Assembly: GCF_913774845.1 (NCBI RefSeq)
Contig: NZ_CAJYJO010000055.1
DNA: 64,000 bases
DNA from: an uncultured Microbacterium sp.
GTDB lineage: Bacteria > Actinomycetota > Actinomycetes > Actinomycetales > Microbacteriaceae
Direction: 5' to 3' (one strand)
The position numbers and the translations under genes are program-made. Shown here piece after piece: positions 27,748 through 39,559 of this stretch. The stretch's first letter is position 1. Each line of letters begins with the position of its first letter. The notes under the pieces are model-generated. The model saw only the letters and a program-made list of their open reading frames with translations, was not told the DNA's origin and did not search any database.

Positions 27748-28043
27748 GCCGTCGCCCCGAGTCCGCGAGCCCCCGCAAGGTCGGCCTCGCTGTACGCCGT
27801 GGCGAGGTCGTCGAGCGCTCCGCTCAACCGCCGCAGCAGAGCGGTCCGGCTCACCAACCGTTCGCCGAACTGCACCTGAGCACGTGCGTAAGCCTGCTGA
27901 GCCTCGCCGCTCCGCTGCGTGCTGAGTGTCGCGGCCTCGCGCGTGAGGGTCTCGACGAGCGCGTCGATCTGCGCGCCGGCCGCCTTGATGCTCGCCGCCG
28001 TCGTCGACAATCGGAGCGGCGTGACTTCGAGGTGCTCGATCAT
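27744..28043 (-). CDS. WXG100 family protein with degenerate motif (RSG instead of WxG)
   Basis: 99 aa, central TQRSGEAQQAY, C-terminal YSEAD matching YxxxD/E. Confidence 0.75.
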   Translation of the reverse strand: MIEHLEVTPLRLSTTAASIKAAGAQIDALVETLTREAATLSTQRSGEAQQAYARAQVQFGERLVSRTALLRRLSGALDDLATAYSEADLAGARGLGATA

Positions 28044-28447
28044 CAGCCGACCGTTCCCGTCGTCGGGCTCACGTACTCGTCGTCGATCCGACGACGTGTC
28101 GATACGACCAGCGGCGATGACGCACCCAGGCTTTCCGCCATGCGCCGAAGCGCTGTGTCAGCGGCATCCCGCTGCGCCTGCCGCACGGTGTCGGTCACGA
28201 TGCGTGACAGCGTCGCCGCGTCGAGACCCGAGGCGCTCCGAGAGATGTCGACGCGGTCGACGCGACCACTGGCGCTCGCCGAGACGCGCACTTCACGACC
28301 GACCGATGCTCGGGTCGCCGTGGCCGTTCGTGTGTCGTCGGCCATGCGTGCGGCGTCGTGCGCCAGCGTTCGTGCCTGCGCGGTCTGGGCCTGCACGTGT
28401 GCGCGTGCCTGCTCGAAAGCGGTGAGCGAGTCGTCGGACAGAGTCAT
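28043..28447 (-). CDS. YbaB/EbfC-like protein of the kind found upstream of actinobacterial WXG100 clusters
   Basis: VRVSASASGRVDRVDI...LSRIVTDTVRQAQ pattern; ATG at 28447 after an AAAGGAG RBS; overlaps the WXG100 start. Confidence 0.6.
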   Translation of the reverse strand: MTLSDDSLTAFEQARAHVQAQTAQARTLAHDAARMADDTRTATATRASVGREVRVSASASGRVDRVDISRSASGLDAATLSRIVTDTVRQAQRDAADTALRRMAESLGASSPLVVSTRRRIDDEYVSPTTGTVG

Positions 28448-28506
28448 GGGGCTCCTTTCGCCGGAATTTCGACCGTACCCAAGCCCGTCTCGGGGGCGGA
28501 GGCGCC

Positions 28507-28515
28507 TGTGGATAA
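28507..28515 (-). promoter_or_regulatory. Perfect DnaA box
   Basis: TGTGGATAA on + equals TTATCCACA on -, the consensus DnaA box, about 60 bp upstream of the YbaB-like gene. Confidence 0.4.
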
Positions 28516-28750
28516 CCGGTTCCGCGAGCGGCGCCGTGGGCGTTCGCGCCGGTCCGTGCGATAATCGAAGCTGATGTGACCGCGGCCGCGCCGCAGGAAC
28601 ATCACCAGAAGACTTCGGGCGATGACCGCCCTTCGCAGACCGAGCCGCAGGCCGACTGCAGACCGAGTGAGTTCGCGGCCCCGCCGGGTGCGGCGCCGCA
28701 TGAGATTTCGTCGGGCGACGCGCGGTGTCGCCCGCCAGGGAGTACGCCGA

Positions 28751-31282
28751 ATGGCCGAGAAGAACGACGATCAGACCCCCACCGACGAGACGGTGATCGA
28801 GACGCCCGCTCCCGAGACCGACGAGCAAGCCGCTCCCGACGCCGACACGGTCGCCCCGGCCGAAGAGGACGAGGCCGCGGTCCAGGATGCCGAGCAGGCC
28901 GCCGCCGCCGACACCGAGGCGCCCGCGGTGCTCGATGAGCCCGACGTCGAGGCTGCGGCATCCGTCCCCGACGTCCCGGCCGAAGACGCCGAGGCCGCCT
29001 CGGTCGACGCTCAGCCGGAGCCCGAGGCGCCCGCCGAAGCCGAGCCCCCCATCGAGGCCGAGGCCTCCAACCAGCCCGAGACCCCCACCGAACCCGAGGC
29101 GCCCGCCGAGCCGGAGAAGCCGGCGCGACCCACCGCGGTCTCGCTCGGTCTGCTCCCCGAGAACTTCGTCTCCGCGGTCTCGACCGCTCTGCACTTCTAC
29201 GCCCCCGAGCTGCCGCCGCTGCCCGCGCGCGACGACGCCTGGGACCGTGACGACCGCGACGACGACGGGCCGAACGAGCGCGTCTCCGCGAACGCCCGCC
29301 GCCGCAACCGTCGCCGCGGCGGTGCGTCCGGGGGAGACGAGGCTGCCGAGCCGTCGACCGCTCCGGTCCGTCAGCGCGCTGTCGAGGTCATCACCGAGCC
29401 GCAGCGCATCAAGGGCTCCACCCGGCTCGAGGCGAAGAAGCAGCGTCGGCGCGACGGACGCGAGGCCGGCCGTCGCCGTCCCGTGGTGACCGAGGCGGAG
29501 TTCCTCGCCCGCCGCGAAGCGGTCGACCGTGTCATGGTCGTGCGCTCGAAGGCCGGTCGCATCCAGATCGCCGTCCTCGAGGACAACGTGCTCGTCGAGC
29601 ACTACGTCGCCCGCAACCAGGACGCCTCGCTCATCGGCAACGTCTATCTCGGACGCGTGCAGAACGTGCTGCCCAGCATGGAGGCCGCGTTCGTCGACAT
29701 CGGTCGAGGCCGCAACGCCGTGCTCTACTCGGGCGAGGTCGACTGGGACGGCGTCGAGACCAACAACCAGCCGCGCCGGATCGAGCTCGCCCTCAAGTCG
29801 GGCGACCGCGTGCTCGTACAGGTCACGAAAGACCCCGTGGGGCACAAGGGCGCGCGCCTGACGAGCCAGATCTCGCTGCCCGGCCGCTACCTCGTGTACG
29901 TGCCCAACGGCACGATGAACGGCATCTCGCGCAAGCTCCCCGACACCGAACGCGCGCGCCTGAAGAAGATCCTCAAAGAGGTCCTGCCCGAGTCCTCCGG
30001 CGTCATCGTCCGGACCGCGGCCGAGGGCGCGACCGAGGAGCAGCTGACCCTCGACGTGCAGCGCCTCACCTCGCAGTGGGAGCACGTCTCCAGCCAGGTC
30101 AAGACGATCCAGGCACCCGCCTTGCTGCACTCCGAGCCCGACCTGCTGGTCAAGATCGTGCGCGACGTCTTCAACGAGGACTTCACGCGCATGCTCATCC
30201 AGGGCGACGAGGCGCTGCAGACGATCTCGAACTACCTCAAGGGCGTCGCTCCCGACCTGCTCGAGCGCGTCGAGAAGTACGAGGGCGAGCAGGACCCGTT
30301 CGACGCCTTCCGCGTGACCGAGCAGATCGAGAAGGCGCTCGACCGCAAGGTCTGGCTGCCCTCGGGCGGTTCGCTCGTGATCGACCGCACCGAGGCCATG
30401 ACCGTGGTCGACGTCAACACCGGCAAGTTCGTCGGCTCGGGCGGAAACCTCGAAGAGACCGTCACCAAGAACAACCTCGAGGCCGCCGAGGAGATCGTGC
30501 GGCAGCTGCGCCTGCGCGACATCGGCGGGATCATCGTCGTCGACTTCATCGACATGGTGCTCGAGTCCAACCGCGACCTCGTGCTGCGCCGACTCATCGA
30601 GTGCCTGAGCCGCGACCGGACGAAGCACCAGGTCGCCGAGGTCACCTCGCTCGGACTCGTGCAGATGACCCGCAAGAAGCTGGGTCTGGGTCTGCTGGAG
30701 ACCTTCAGCGAGGCCTGCGAGGTCTGCGCCGGTCGCGGCGTGATCGTCCACCACGATCCCGTCGTCAAGCATCGCCCCACGGGCTCCTCGAACGGCAACG
30801 GCAACCAGGGCTCGTCCAACCGCCGCGGGCGCGGCGGCAACGGGGGATCGAACGGCAGCGGCAACGCTCAGGCGGGTGCGACCTCGCAGAGCGCCTCGGG
30901 CGCCGCCGCGGCCCAGGCCGGCGGCACGCACGTCATCACCGAGGGCGTGAAGTCCGCGCTCGCCCAGATCGCGGCATCCACCGTCAAGCCCACGATCGAC
31001 GACCCCGCCGTCGTCGAGGCGGCGGTCGTCGCGTCCGTGGAGGCCGTCCTCGAAGCCAAGGCCGAGAAGGATGCCGAGACCCCGGCGCCCGTGCGCGAGA
31101 AGCGCCCCCGCAAGAAGCGCGAACCGAAGGCTCCGCGCACCGAGAAGGACGCGCTGTTGGAGTCGGTGCTCGAAGCCCTGCCCGAGCCCAAGGCTCCGGG
31201 GCAGGGACGCTCGCGCCGCCGCGTGACCACGGCAGCCCTCACCGGTACGCCCGTCGACGCGCAGCCGGTCACCGAGTCCTGA
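28751..31282 (+). CDS. rne: Ribonuclease E/G family
   Basis: S1 domain GNVYLGRVQNVLPSMEAAFVDIG, VDVNTG, GGIIVVDFIDM, CxxC zinc link; acidic disordered N-terminus. Confidence 0.95.
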   Translation: MAEKNDDQTPTDETVIETPAPETDEQAAPDADTVAPAEEDEAAVQDAEQAAAADTEAPAVLDEPDVEAAASVPDVPAEDAEAASVDAQPEPEAPAEAEPPIEAEASNQPETPTEPEAPAEPEKPARPTAVSLGLLPENFVSAVSTALHFYAPELPPLPARDDAWDRDDRDDDGPNERVSANARRRNRRRGGASGGDEAAEPSTAPVRQRAVEVITEPQRIKGSTRLEAKKQRRRDGREAGRRRPVVTEAEFLARREAVDRVMVVRSKAGRIQIAVLEDNVLVEHYVARNQDASLIGNVYLGRVQNVLPSMEAAFVDIGRGRNAVLYSGEVDWDGVETNNQPRRIELALKSGDRVLVQVTKDPVGHKGARLTSQISLPGRYLVYVPNGTMNGISRKLPDTERARLKKILKEVLPESSGVIVRTAAEGATEEQLTLDVQRLTSQWEHVSSQVKTIQAPALLHSEPDLLVKIVRDVFNEDFTRMLIQGDEALQTISNYLKGVAPDLLERVEKYEGEQDPFDAFRVTEQIEKALDRKVWLPSGGSLVIDRTEAMTVVDVNTGKFVGSGGNLEETVTKNNLEAAEEIVRQLRLRDIGGIIVVDFIDMVLESNRDLVLRRLIECLSRDRTKHQVAEVTSLGLVQMTRKKLGLGLLETFSEACEVCAGRGVIVHHDPVVKHRPTGSSNGNGNQGSSNRRGRGGNGGSNGSGNAQAGATSQSASGAAAAQAGGTHVITEGVKSALAQIAASTVKPTIDDPAVVEAAVVASVEAVLEAKAEKDAETPAPVREKRPRKKREPKAPRTEKDALLESVLEALPEPKAPGQGRSRRRVTTAALTGTPVDAQPVTES

Positions 31283-31345
31283 GCCGCATCCACTGAGGGG
31301 TCGTCCTCCGCCATCGGATCCGATCCGATCGCGGGGGCCGGCCCC

Positions 31346-31621
31346 TCAGGCGTGCCGGGGACGGTCTCGTCCCGGAACGCGCAGCCCCGACGCGAGCAGG
31401 CGTCGCACGAGCTCCTTGCCGCCCACGTGCTCCGCGCCGAGGGCGACGAGGTCGGCGTGCCTCTCGTCGGGGACGTCGTAGTGGTCGAGGTCGAAGGCTC
31501 GGCGGGGGATCCCGGCCGCTGCGGCGAACGCGTGCAGCTCCGCGAGATCGCTGTCGCTGACCAGGTGCGCCCACAGGCGTCCGTGGGCGGGCCACCGCGG
31601 GTCGTCGATCAGGATCGCCAT
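31346..31621 (-). CDS. DUF4031 family protein
   Basis: WPAHGRLWAHLVSD..ELHAFA..GIPRRAF..DHYDV pattern. Confidence 0.85.
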   Translation of the reverse strand: MAILIDDPRWPAHGRLWAHLVSDSDLAELHAFAAAAGIPRRAFDLDHYDVPDERHADLVALGAEHVGGKELVRRLLASGLRVPGRDRPRHA

Positions 31622-31835
31622 CGCTCGATCCTACGGTCGACACGCGGGCCGAATGCTTTTGCCGGATGTCCCCGGGTGAGCTAAACTTGACCCTTGGTGC
31701 GTCGCGTCCGCCCTCCCAGGTGCGTGACCCCGCGGTCTTTCGCCCGCCGGATCGCACCGAGACTTGGGTCAGCAGACCCTCCCCAACGTCATCAGACAAC
31801 CGGAGCCGTGCGCTCCCGAATGAAACAGGTGTGAA

Positions 31836-32144
31836 GTGGTTTACGCAGTTGTGCGCGCCGGCGGCCGGCAGGAGAAGGTGGAGGTCGGCACGATCGTCGT
31901 GCTCGACCGCCAGCAGGCGAAGATCGGCGAGAGCATCCAGCTGCCCGCCGTCCTGTTCGTCGACGGCGACGCGGTCACGACCGACGCCGACAAGCTCGCG
32001 AAGGTCTCGGTCACGGCCGAGGTCCTCGGTGAGGAGCGCGGTCCCAAGATCGTAATCCAGAAGTTCAAGAACAAGACCGGCTACAAGAAGCGCCAGGGCC
32101 ACCGTCAGGACCTCACGCGCGTCAAGATCACCGGCATCAAGTAA
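31836..32144 (+). CDS. rplU: 50S ribosomal protein L21
   Basis: [13 protein letters not shown]...[14 protein letters not shown]. Confidence 0.98.
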   Translation: MVYAVVRAGGRQEKVEVGTIVVLDRQQAKIGESIQLPAVLFVDGDAVTTDADKLAKVSVTAEVLGEERGPKIVIQKFKNKTGYKKRQGHRQDLTRVKITGIK

Positions 32145-32162
32145 GAGCCAGGAGACGCAGAG

Positions 32163-32420
32163 ATGGCACACAAAAAGGGCGCAAGCTCCACCCGCAACGG
32201 TCGTGACTCCAACGCACAGCGCCTCGGCGTGAAGCGCTTCGGCGGCCAGGCCGTCAACGCCGGCGAGATCCTCGTCCGCCAGCGCGGCACGCACTTCCAC
32301 CCCGGCGCCAACGTCGGTCGCGGTGGCGACGACACGCTGTTCGCCCTCGCCGCCGGTGCGGTCGAGTTCGGCAACAAGGGCGGCCGCAAGGTCGTCAACA
32401 TCGTCGCCGCAGCGGAGTAA
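32163..32420 (+). CDS. rpmA: 50S ribosomal protein L27
   Basis: [16 protein letters not shown]. Confidence 0.98.
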   Translation: MAHKKGASSTRNGRDSNAQRLGVKRFGGQAVNAGEILVRQRGTHFHPGANVGRGGDDTLFALAAGAVEFGNKGGRKVVNIVAAAE

Positions 32421-34942
<2,522 letters not shown>

Positions 34943-34946
34943 CCCC

Positions 34947-36206
34947 ATGACCGTGATCGCCGCCTCCGTCGACGAGCGCCTGCGCCTGGCCAAAGACGCG
35001 GCGCGCGAGGTCGCCCTCCTCGACGCCGATCGCAAGCGCGAGCTGCTGAACGCCGTCGCCGACGCGATCGACGCGGCGACGACCGAGATCGTGGCCGCCA
35101 ACGCCGACGACCTCGAGCGCGGCCGGGCCGACGCCATCGGCGAGGCCCTGCTGGACCGTTTGCGCCTCGACGAGCGTCGTGTGGCGGCCCTCGCCGCGGC
35201 GGTGCGCGACGTCGCCGACCTGCCCGACCCGGTCGGGCGCGTCCTCGACCGCCGCACCCTCCCCAACGGCCTGTCCCTCGAGAAGGTCGCCGTCCCCTTC
35301 GGCGTGGTCGGCTCGATCTACGAGGCGCGTCCCAACGTCACGGTCGACATCGCCTCGCTGGCGCTGCGGTCGGGCAACGCGGTCGTCCTCCGGGGCGGCT
35401 CGGCCGCGCAGAGCTCGAACGCGACGCTCGTCCGGGTCATGCGCGACGCGCTGCAGTCGCAGGGTGTTACGCCCGAAGCGGTGCAGAGCGTCGACGATTT
35501 CGGTCGCGACGGCGCCCGCGCGCTCATGAACGCCCGCGGGCTCGTCGACGTGCTGGTCCCGCGCGGCAGCGCCTCGCTCATCGAGACCGTCGTCACCGAG
35601 TCCTCCGTCCCCGTGATCGAGACGGGCGCCGGCGTGGTGCACATCGTGCTCGACGCGACGGCCCGCGACGACTGGGCGCGAGACATCGTGCTGAACGCCA
35701 AGGTGCAGCGACCGAGCGTCTGCAACGCGGTCGAGACGGTGCTCGTGCACCGCGCCGCCGCCGACCGTCTGCTGCCCGAGCTCGTGGCGTCCCTCTCCGA
35801 CGCGGGCGTCACCGTCCACGGCGACGACGCGACCCGCGGCTACGACGCGCGGGTGGTCGCGGCCACCGATGACGACTGGGCGCGCGAGTACGGCACCCTC
35901 GACCTGTCCGTCCGCGTGGTCGACGACCTCGACGACGCCCTCGAGCACATCCGCCGCTACTCGACGCACCACACCGAGGCGATCATCACCGACGATCAGC
36001 TCTCGGCCGACCGCTTCCTCGCCGAGGTCGACTCGGCCGTCGTGCTCGTGAACGCCTCGACGCGGTTCACCGACGGCGGGGAGTTCGGCTTCGGCGCCGA
36101 GGTCGGCATCTCGACGCAGAAACTGCACGCCCGCGGACCCATGGGCCTCGCCGAGCTGACGAGCACCAAGTGGCTCGGGCGCGGCGACGGCCAGGTACGC
36201 GCCTGA
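34947..36206 (+). CDS. proA: Gamma-glutamyl phosphate reductase
   Basis: IYEARPNVT, LRGGS, CNAVET, NASTRFTDG and STQKLHARGP. Confidence 0.96.
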   Translation: MTVIAASVDERLRLAKDAAREVALLDADRKRELLNAVADAIDAATTEIVAANADDLERGRADAIGEALLDRLRLDERRVAALAAAVRDVADLPDPVGRVLDRRTLPNGLSLEKVAVPFGVVGSIYEARPNVTVDIASLALRSGNAVVLRGGSAAQSSNATLVRVMRDALQSQGVTPEAVQSVDDFGRDGARALMNARGLVDVLVPRGSASLIETVVTESSVPVIETGAGVVHIVLDATARDDWARDIVLNAKVQRPSVCNAVETVLVHRAAADRLLPELVASLSDAGVTVHGDDATRGYDARVVAATDDDWAREYGTLDLSVRVVDDLDDALEHIRRYSTHHTEAIITDDQLSADRFLAEVDSAVVLVNASTRFTDGGEFGFGAEVGISTQKLHARGPMGLAELTSTKWLGRGDGQVRA

Positions 36207-36256
36207 CCGCCTAAAATGGCAGTGCGCTGTGCGCACACCACTCGAACGGAGCACTG

Positions 36257-36481
36257 ATGACTTTCGCCTCACTTCTCGCCCACGCCGCCGAAGAAGGCGG
36301 ACACCACGGCGGCAACGTGCAGGCCGAGACCTTCTGGGTCGGCGCCGTGGCGTTCGTGGTGTTCATCGCCCTGAGCCTCGTGACCCTGTCGTACCGCAAC
36401 GTGGCCAACCGTCACGCCCACAAGGCCGAGGCGTACACCCAGAAGCACGGGACGCCCACCCCCGAGGCGCACGGCCACTGA
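36257..36481 (+). CDS. Small His-rich single-pass membrane protein
   Basis: 74 aa, one transmembrane segment, own -10-like TAAAAT upstream and a GGAG RBS. Confidence 0.7.
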   Translation: MTFASLLAHAAEEGGHHGGNVQAETFWVGAVAFVVFIALSLVTLSYRNVANRHAHKAEAYTQKHGTPTPEAHGH

Positions 36482-36491
36482 GGCCCACCGT

Positions 36492-37088
36492 ATGTCGGTG
36501 ACGCGCGCCCCGCGGATCGGGGTCATGGGTGGGACGTTCGATCCCATCCATCACGGTCACCTGGTCGCGGCGTCCGAGGTCGCGCAGTCGTTCGATCTCG
36601 ACGAGGTCGTCTTCGTGCCCACGGGTCGCCCGTGGCAGAAAGACGAGGTCACGCAGAGCGAGCACCGTTACCTCATGACGGTGATCGCGACGGCATCCAA
36701 TCCGCAGTTCACCGTCAGCCGCGTCGACATCGATCGCGCGGGCCCGACGTACACGATCGACACGCTGCGCGACCTGCAGGAACAACGGCCGGGGGCCGAG
36801 TTGTTCTTCATCACGGGGGCCGACGCGGTGGCGCAGATCCTGAGCTGGCGCAACCACGACGAGCTGTGGCAGCTCGCTCATTTCGTCGCCGTCTCCCGTC
36901 CCGGTCACGTGCTGACCACCGAGGGCCTTCCCTCCGACAACGTGAGTCAGCTGGAGATCCCCGCGCTGTCGATCTCGTCCACAGACTGCCGCGCCCGCGT
37001 GCGCCGAGGACACCCCGTGTGGTACCTCGTGCCCGACGGCGTCGTGCAGTACATCGCGAAGCACCACCTCTACCGGAGCACTGCATGA
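36492..37088 (+). CDS. nadD: Nicotinate-nucleotide adenylyltransferase
   Basis: [18 protein letters not shown] and ISSTDCR. Confidence 0.96.
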   Translation: MSVTRAPRIGVMGGTFDPIHHGHLVAASEVAQSFDLDEVVFVPTGRPWQKDEVTQSEHRYLMTVIATASNPQFTVSRVDIDRAGPTYTIDTLRDLQEQRPGAELFFITGADAVAQILSWRNHDELWQLAHFVAVSRPGHVLTTEGLPSDNVSQLEIPALSISSTDCRARVRRGHPVWYLVPDGVVQYIAKHHLYRSTA

Positions 37089-38191
37089 GCACTTCCGAGA
37101 ACCCCGAGAACCCGCCGCTGACCCGCCGTCAGCTGCGCGAGCTCCGTCAGACCGGCGCGACGCCGATCATCACGTCGTCGCCCGCCGACGAGACCCCGGA
37201 TGCCGAGACCCCGGCGCCGGTCGTCGAGCCCGCGCCCGAGGCCCCGGCGTCCGACGAGCCCGCCGCTCCGGCTCCGGTCGCCGAGCAGCCCGCCCGAGAG
37301 CAGGAGCCCGAGCCCGCGATCGTCTCCGAGGTGCCGGCGGCCACGCCCGAGCAGCCGACGGACGGCCCGGCCGTCACCGACGACTCCGTCGCCGAGACGC
37401 CCGTGGTCTCGACGTCGGAACCCGCTCTGCGGCCGGCGTCGTTCGAGTCCTTCGACGGCTTCGACGCGGGGGGCGAGTTCGGCGTCTCCGGTCTCACCCG
37501 TCGCCAGGCGCGCGCGCAGGAGAAGATCCGCACGGCCGCCGTCCCCATCATCAGCCCCGATCTCGAGCCTTCGCCGCCGCACCAGCCGGTGCCCTCCGCG
37601 AAGACCGATGAGGCCGAGGCGTCGCCCGCCATCTTCCGCCCGGCCGTCGCCGACTCCGCCGACGACGCCGTCGAGGCGCCCGCCCCGTCGGTGGTCAACC
37701 CGGCCCTCGGCTCCGACCTGCTGCAGGGCGCCACGCCCGAGGTCACCCTGCCGGCGTCGTTCGACCAGCTCATCTCGCGCAACACGGGATCGACGGGTGC
37801 CGTCTCGACCCCGAACGCGCTGATCCTCTCGCAGACGCCGACCGGCGTCCCGCTCGTGGGCCCCGTCAACGCCACCGGTGAGATCATGATCACCGGCACG
37901 TTCGAACTCCCCGAGGGTCTCGGGTCGGTCGGACACGCCCCCGGCACCACCGACGGCCGCGACGCCGACGCGGTGCTCCTCGACGGCGAGCTCCCGCCCG
38001 CGTCGTCACCCACGCCGATCGCCGCGAGCGCCGCGATCAGCACCGTCAAGCAGCCCGGCGAGATCATTCGCCCCCCGGCGCCCGAGAAGGGGAGCAAGCT
38101 CCTCGTCGGCCTCATCGTCACGACCGGCGCGCTCGCGCTGGCTGTCGCCGTCACCCTCGTGCTCGCCTTCACGACAGGAGTCTTCCGATGA
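37085..38191 (+). CDS. Pro/acidic-rich disordered protein with C-terminal membrane anchor
   Basis: ATGA overlaps with nadD and rsfS; low-complexity body; C-terminal hydrophobic helix. Confidence 0.75.
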   Translation: MSTSENPENPPLTRRQLRELRQTGATPIITSSPADETPDAETPAPVVEPAPEAPASDEPAAPAPVAEQPAREQEPEPAIVSEVPAATPEQPTDGPAVTDDSVAETPVVSTSEPALRPASFESFDGFDAGGEFGVSGLTRRQARAQEKIRTAAVPIISPDLEPSPPHQPVPSAKTDEAEASPAIFRPAVADSADDAVEAPAPSVVNPALGSDLLQGATPEVTLPASFDQLISRNTGSTGAVSTPNALILSQTPTGVPLVGPVNATGEIMITGTFELPEGLGSVGHAPGTTDGRDADAVLLDGELPPASSPTPIAASAAISTVKQPGEIIRPPAPEKGSKLLVGLIVTTGALALAVAVTLVLAFTTGVFR

Positions 38192-38568
38192 CAGCCACCG
38201 ACAACGGCCGCGAGATGGCGCGCATCGCCGCGATCGCCGCCGACGCGAAAGGCGGCGACGACATCGTCGCCCTCGACGTCTCCGAGCCCCTTCCGCTCGT
38301 CGACATCTTCCTCCTCGTCACCGGTCGCAACGAGCGCAACGTCGCCGCGATCGCCGACGAGGTCGAAGAGAAGCTGCTCGAAGCCGGCCACAAGCGTCTG
38401 CGCCGCGAAGGGCGCCAGGAGTCCCGCTGGGTGCTCCTCGACTTCGGCGACCTCGTCGTCCACGTCTTCCACGAGGAGGAGCGCGTCTACTACGGCCTCG
38501 AGCGCCTCTGGAAGGACTGCCCGGTCGTCCCGATCGAGCTGCCGACTCCGGCGAACGCCGCCGAGTAG
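38188..38568 (+). CDS. rsfS: Ribosome silencing factor
   Basis: IVALDV..., WVLLDFGDLVVHVF and YGLERLW. Confidence 0.95.
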   Translation: MTATDNGREMARIAAIAADAKGGDDIVALDVSEPLPLVDIFLLVTGRNERNVAAIADEVEEKLLEAGHKRLRREGRQESRWVLLDFGDLVVHVFHEEERVYYGLERLWKDCPVVPIELPTPANAAE

Positions 38569-38629
38569 TCGCCGACCTCGAATGCCCCTCGCCGTCCGGC
38601 GGGGGGCATCGTCGTTCCGTCTGCCGGGT

Positions 38630-39559
38630 CTAGCCGTACCGTTCGCGGTAACGGCGCTCCGCGGCGGGGTGCAGCGTGATCGGGGCGGTGTCGATGAGGC
38701 TCGCCGGCGTCAGGTACTGGATGCCGAGGGCATCGGCCGGCACGAGTGCGGGGGCGTCGTCGATGAGCGCGTCGACCAGGGCGCGCGCGAGCTCGTCGGC
38801 GAGGTCGGACCGGGCGAGCAGGAGGTTGGCGACGCCGATCGTCGGGACCGCGCGCTGCGCCCCGTACACCCCGGAGGGGATCGTCGTCGCGGCGTACACG
38901 TCGGGGAAACGCGCGTCCAGTGCGGGGAGCGCGCCCGTCGTGTCGATGACCGAGACGGCGACGCGTTCGGCCAGGGCGGCGATCTGCGGGGTCGGCACCC
39001 CGCCCGACCAGAAGAACGCGTCGATGCGCGCCTCGGCGAGCTCGTCCACCGCCTCCCGGAAGGTCCGTTCCACGGGCCGCGGACCGGTCGTCCCCTCCGG
39101 GTCGAGCCCCGCCGCGAGAAGCACGCGACGGGCGGTCGCGGCCGCTCCGGATCCCGGCGCGCCGAGCGACACCGTTCGCCCGGCGAGATCCGACAACTGT
39201 CCGATCTCGCTGTCGGCGCGCACGATGCACTGCAGGTAGTTCTGGTACACGCGTCCGATCGCGACGACCTCCCCGTCGGCATCCGCCGCGGAGTCCACCA
39301 GCGACAGTCCGAGGTCGACGCGTCGCTCCCGCAGGAGCCGCAGGTTGTCGATGCTGCCCTCGGTGGCCAGCGGTGAGACGCTCACGGCGGTCGACGACTG
39401 TGTCGCCGCGGCCAGCAACGTGCCGAATTCCAGGTAGCTGCCGCCCGGCTCGCCGCACCCGAGGACGAGCGGCGTCGGCGTGGGGGCACCACAGGCGGCG
39501 AGGGAGGACACGCCTGCTCCGGCGACGACCGCGAGGAAGGCGCGGCGCGTCAGGGTCAT
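38630..39559 (-). CDS. TAXI family solute-binding lipoprotein
   Basis: Twin-arginine-like signal with lipobox (TRRAFL...LAAC); TEGSIDNL, GAPGSG, FWSGGVPT and LHPAA..Y. Confidence 0.85.
   Translation of the reverse strand: MTLTRRAFLAVVAGAGVSSLAACGAPTPTPLVLGCGEPGGSYLEFGTLLAAATQSSTAVSVSPLATEGSIDNLRLLRERRVDLGLSLVDSAADADGEVVAIGRVYQNYLQCIVRADSEIGQLSDLAGRTVSLGAPGSGAAATARRVLLAAGLDPEGTTGPRPVERTFREAVDELAEARIDAFFWSGGVPTPQIAALAERVAVSVIDTTGALPALDARFPDVYAATTIPSGVYGAQRAVPTIGVANLLLARSDLADELARALVDALIDDAPALVPADALGIQYLTPASLIDTAPITLHPAAERRYRERYG

Noticed and set aside
28043-30931. Very long antisense or alternate-frame ORFs (for example 962 aa here, also 56740-59835 and 51608-54844)
   Set aside because: Shadows of real genes in 70% GC DNA, where stop codons are rare; translations are Arg/Gly-rich with no motifs. 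Only the last 134 codons of the 28043-30931 frame are a real gene.
31698-31835. Structured leader RNA upstream of rplU
   Set aside because: A long 5' UTR, but I could not match it to a known leader or show covariation from one sequence.
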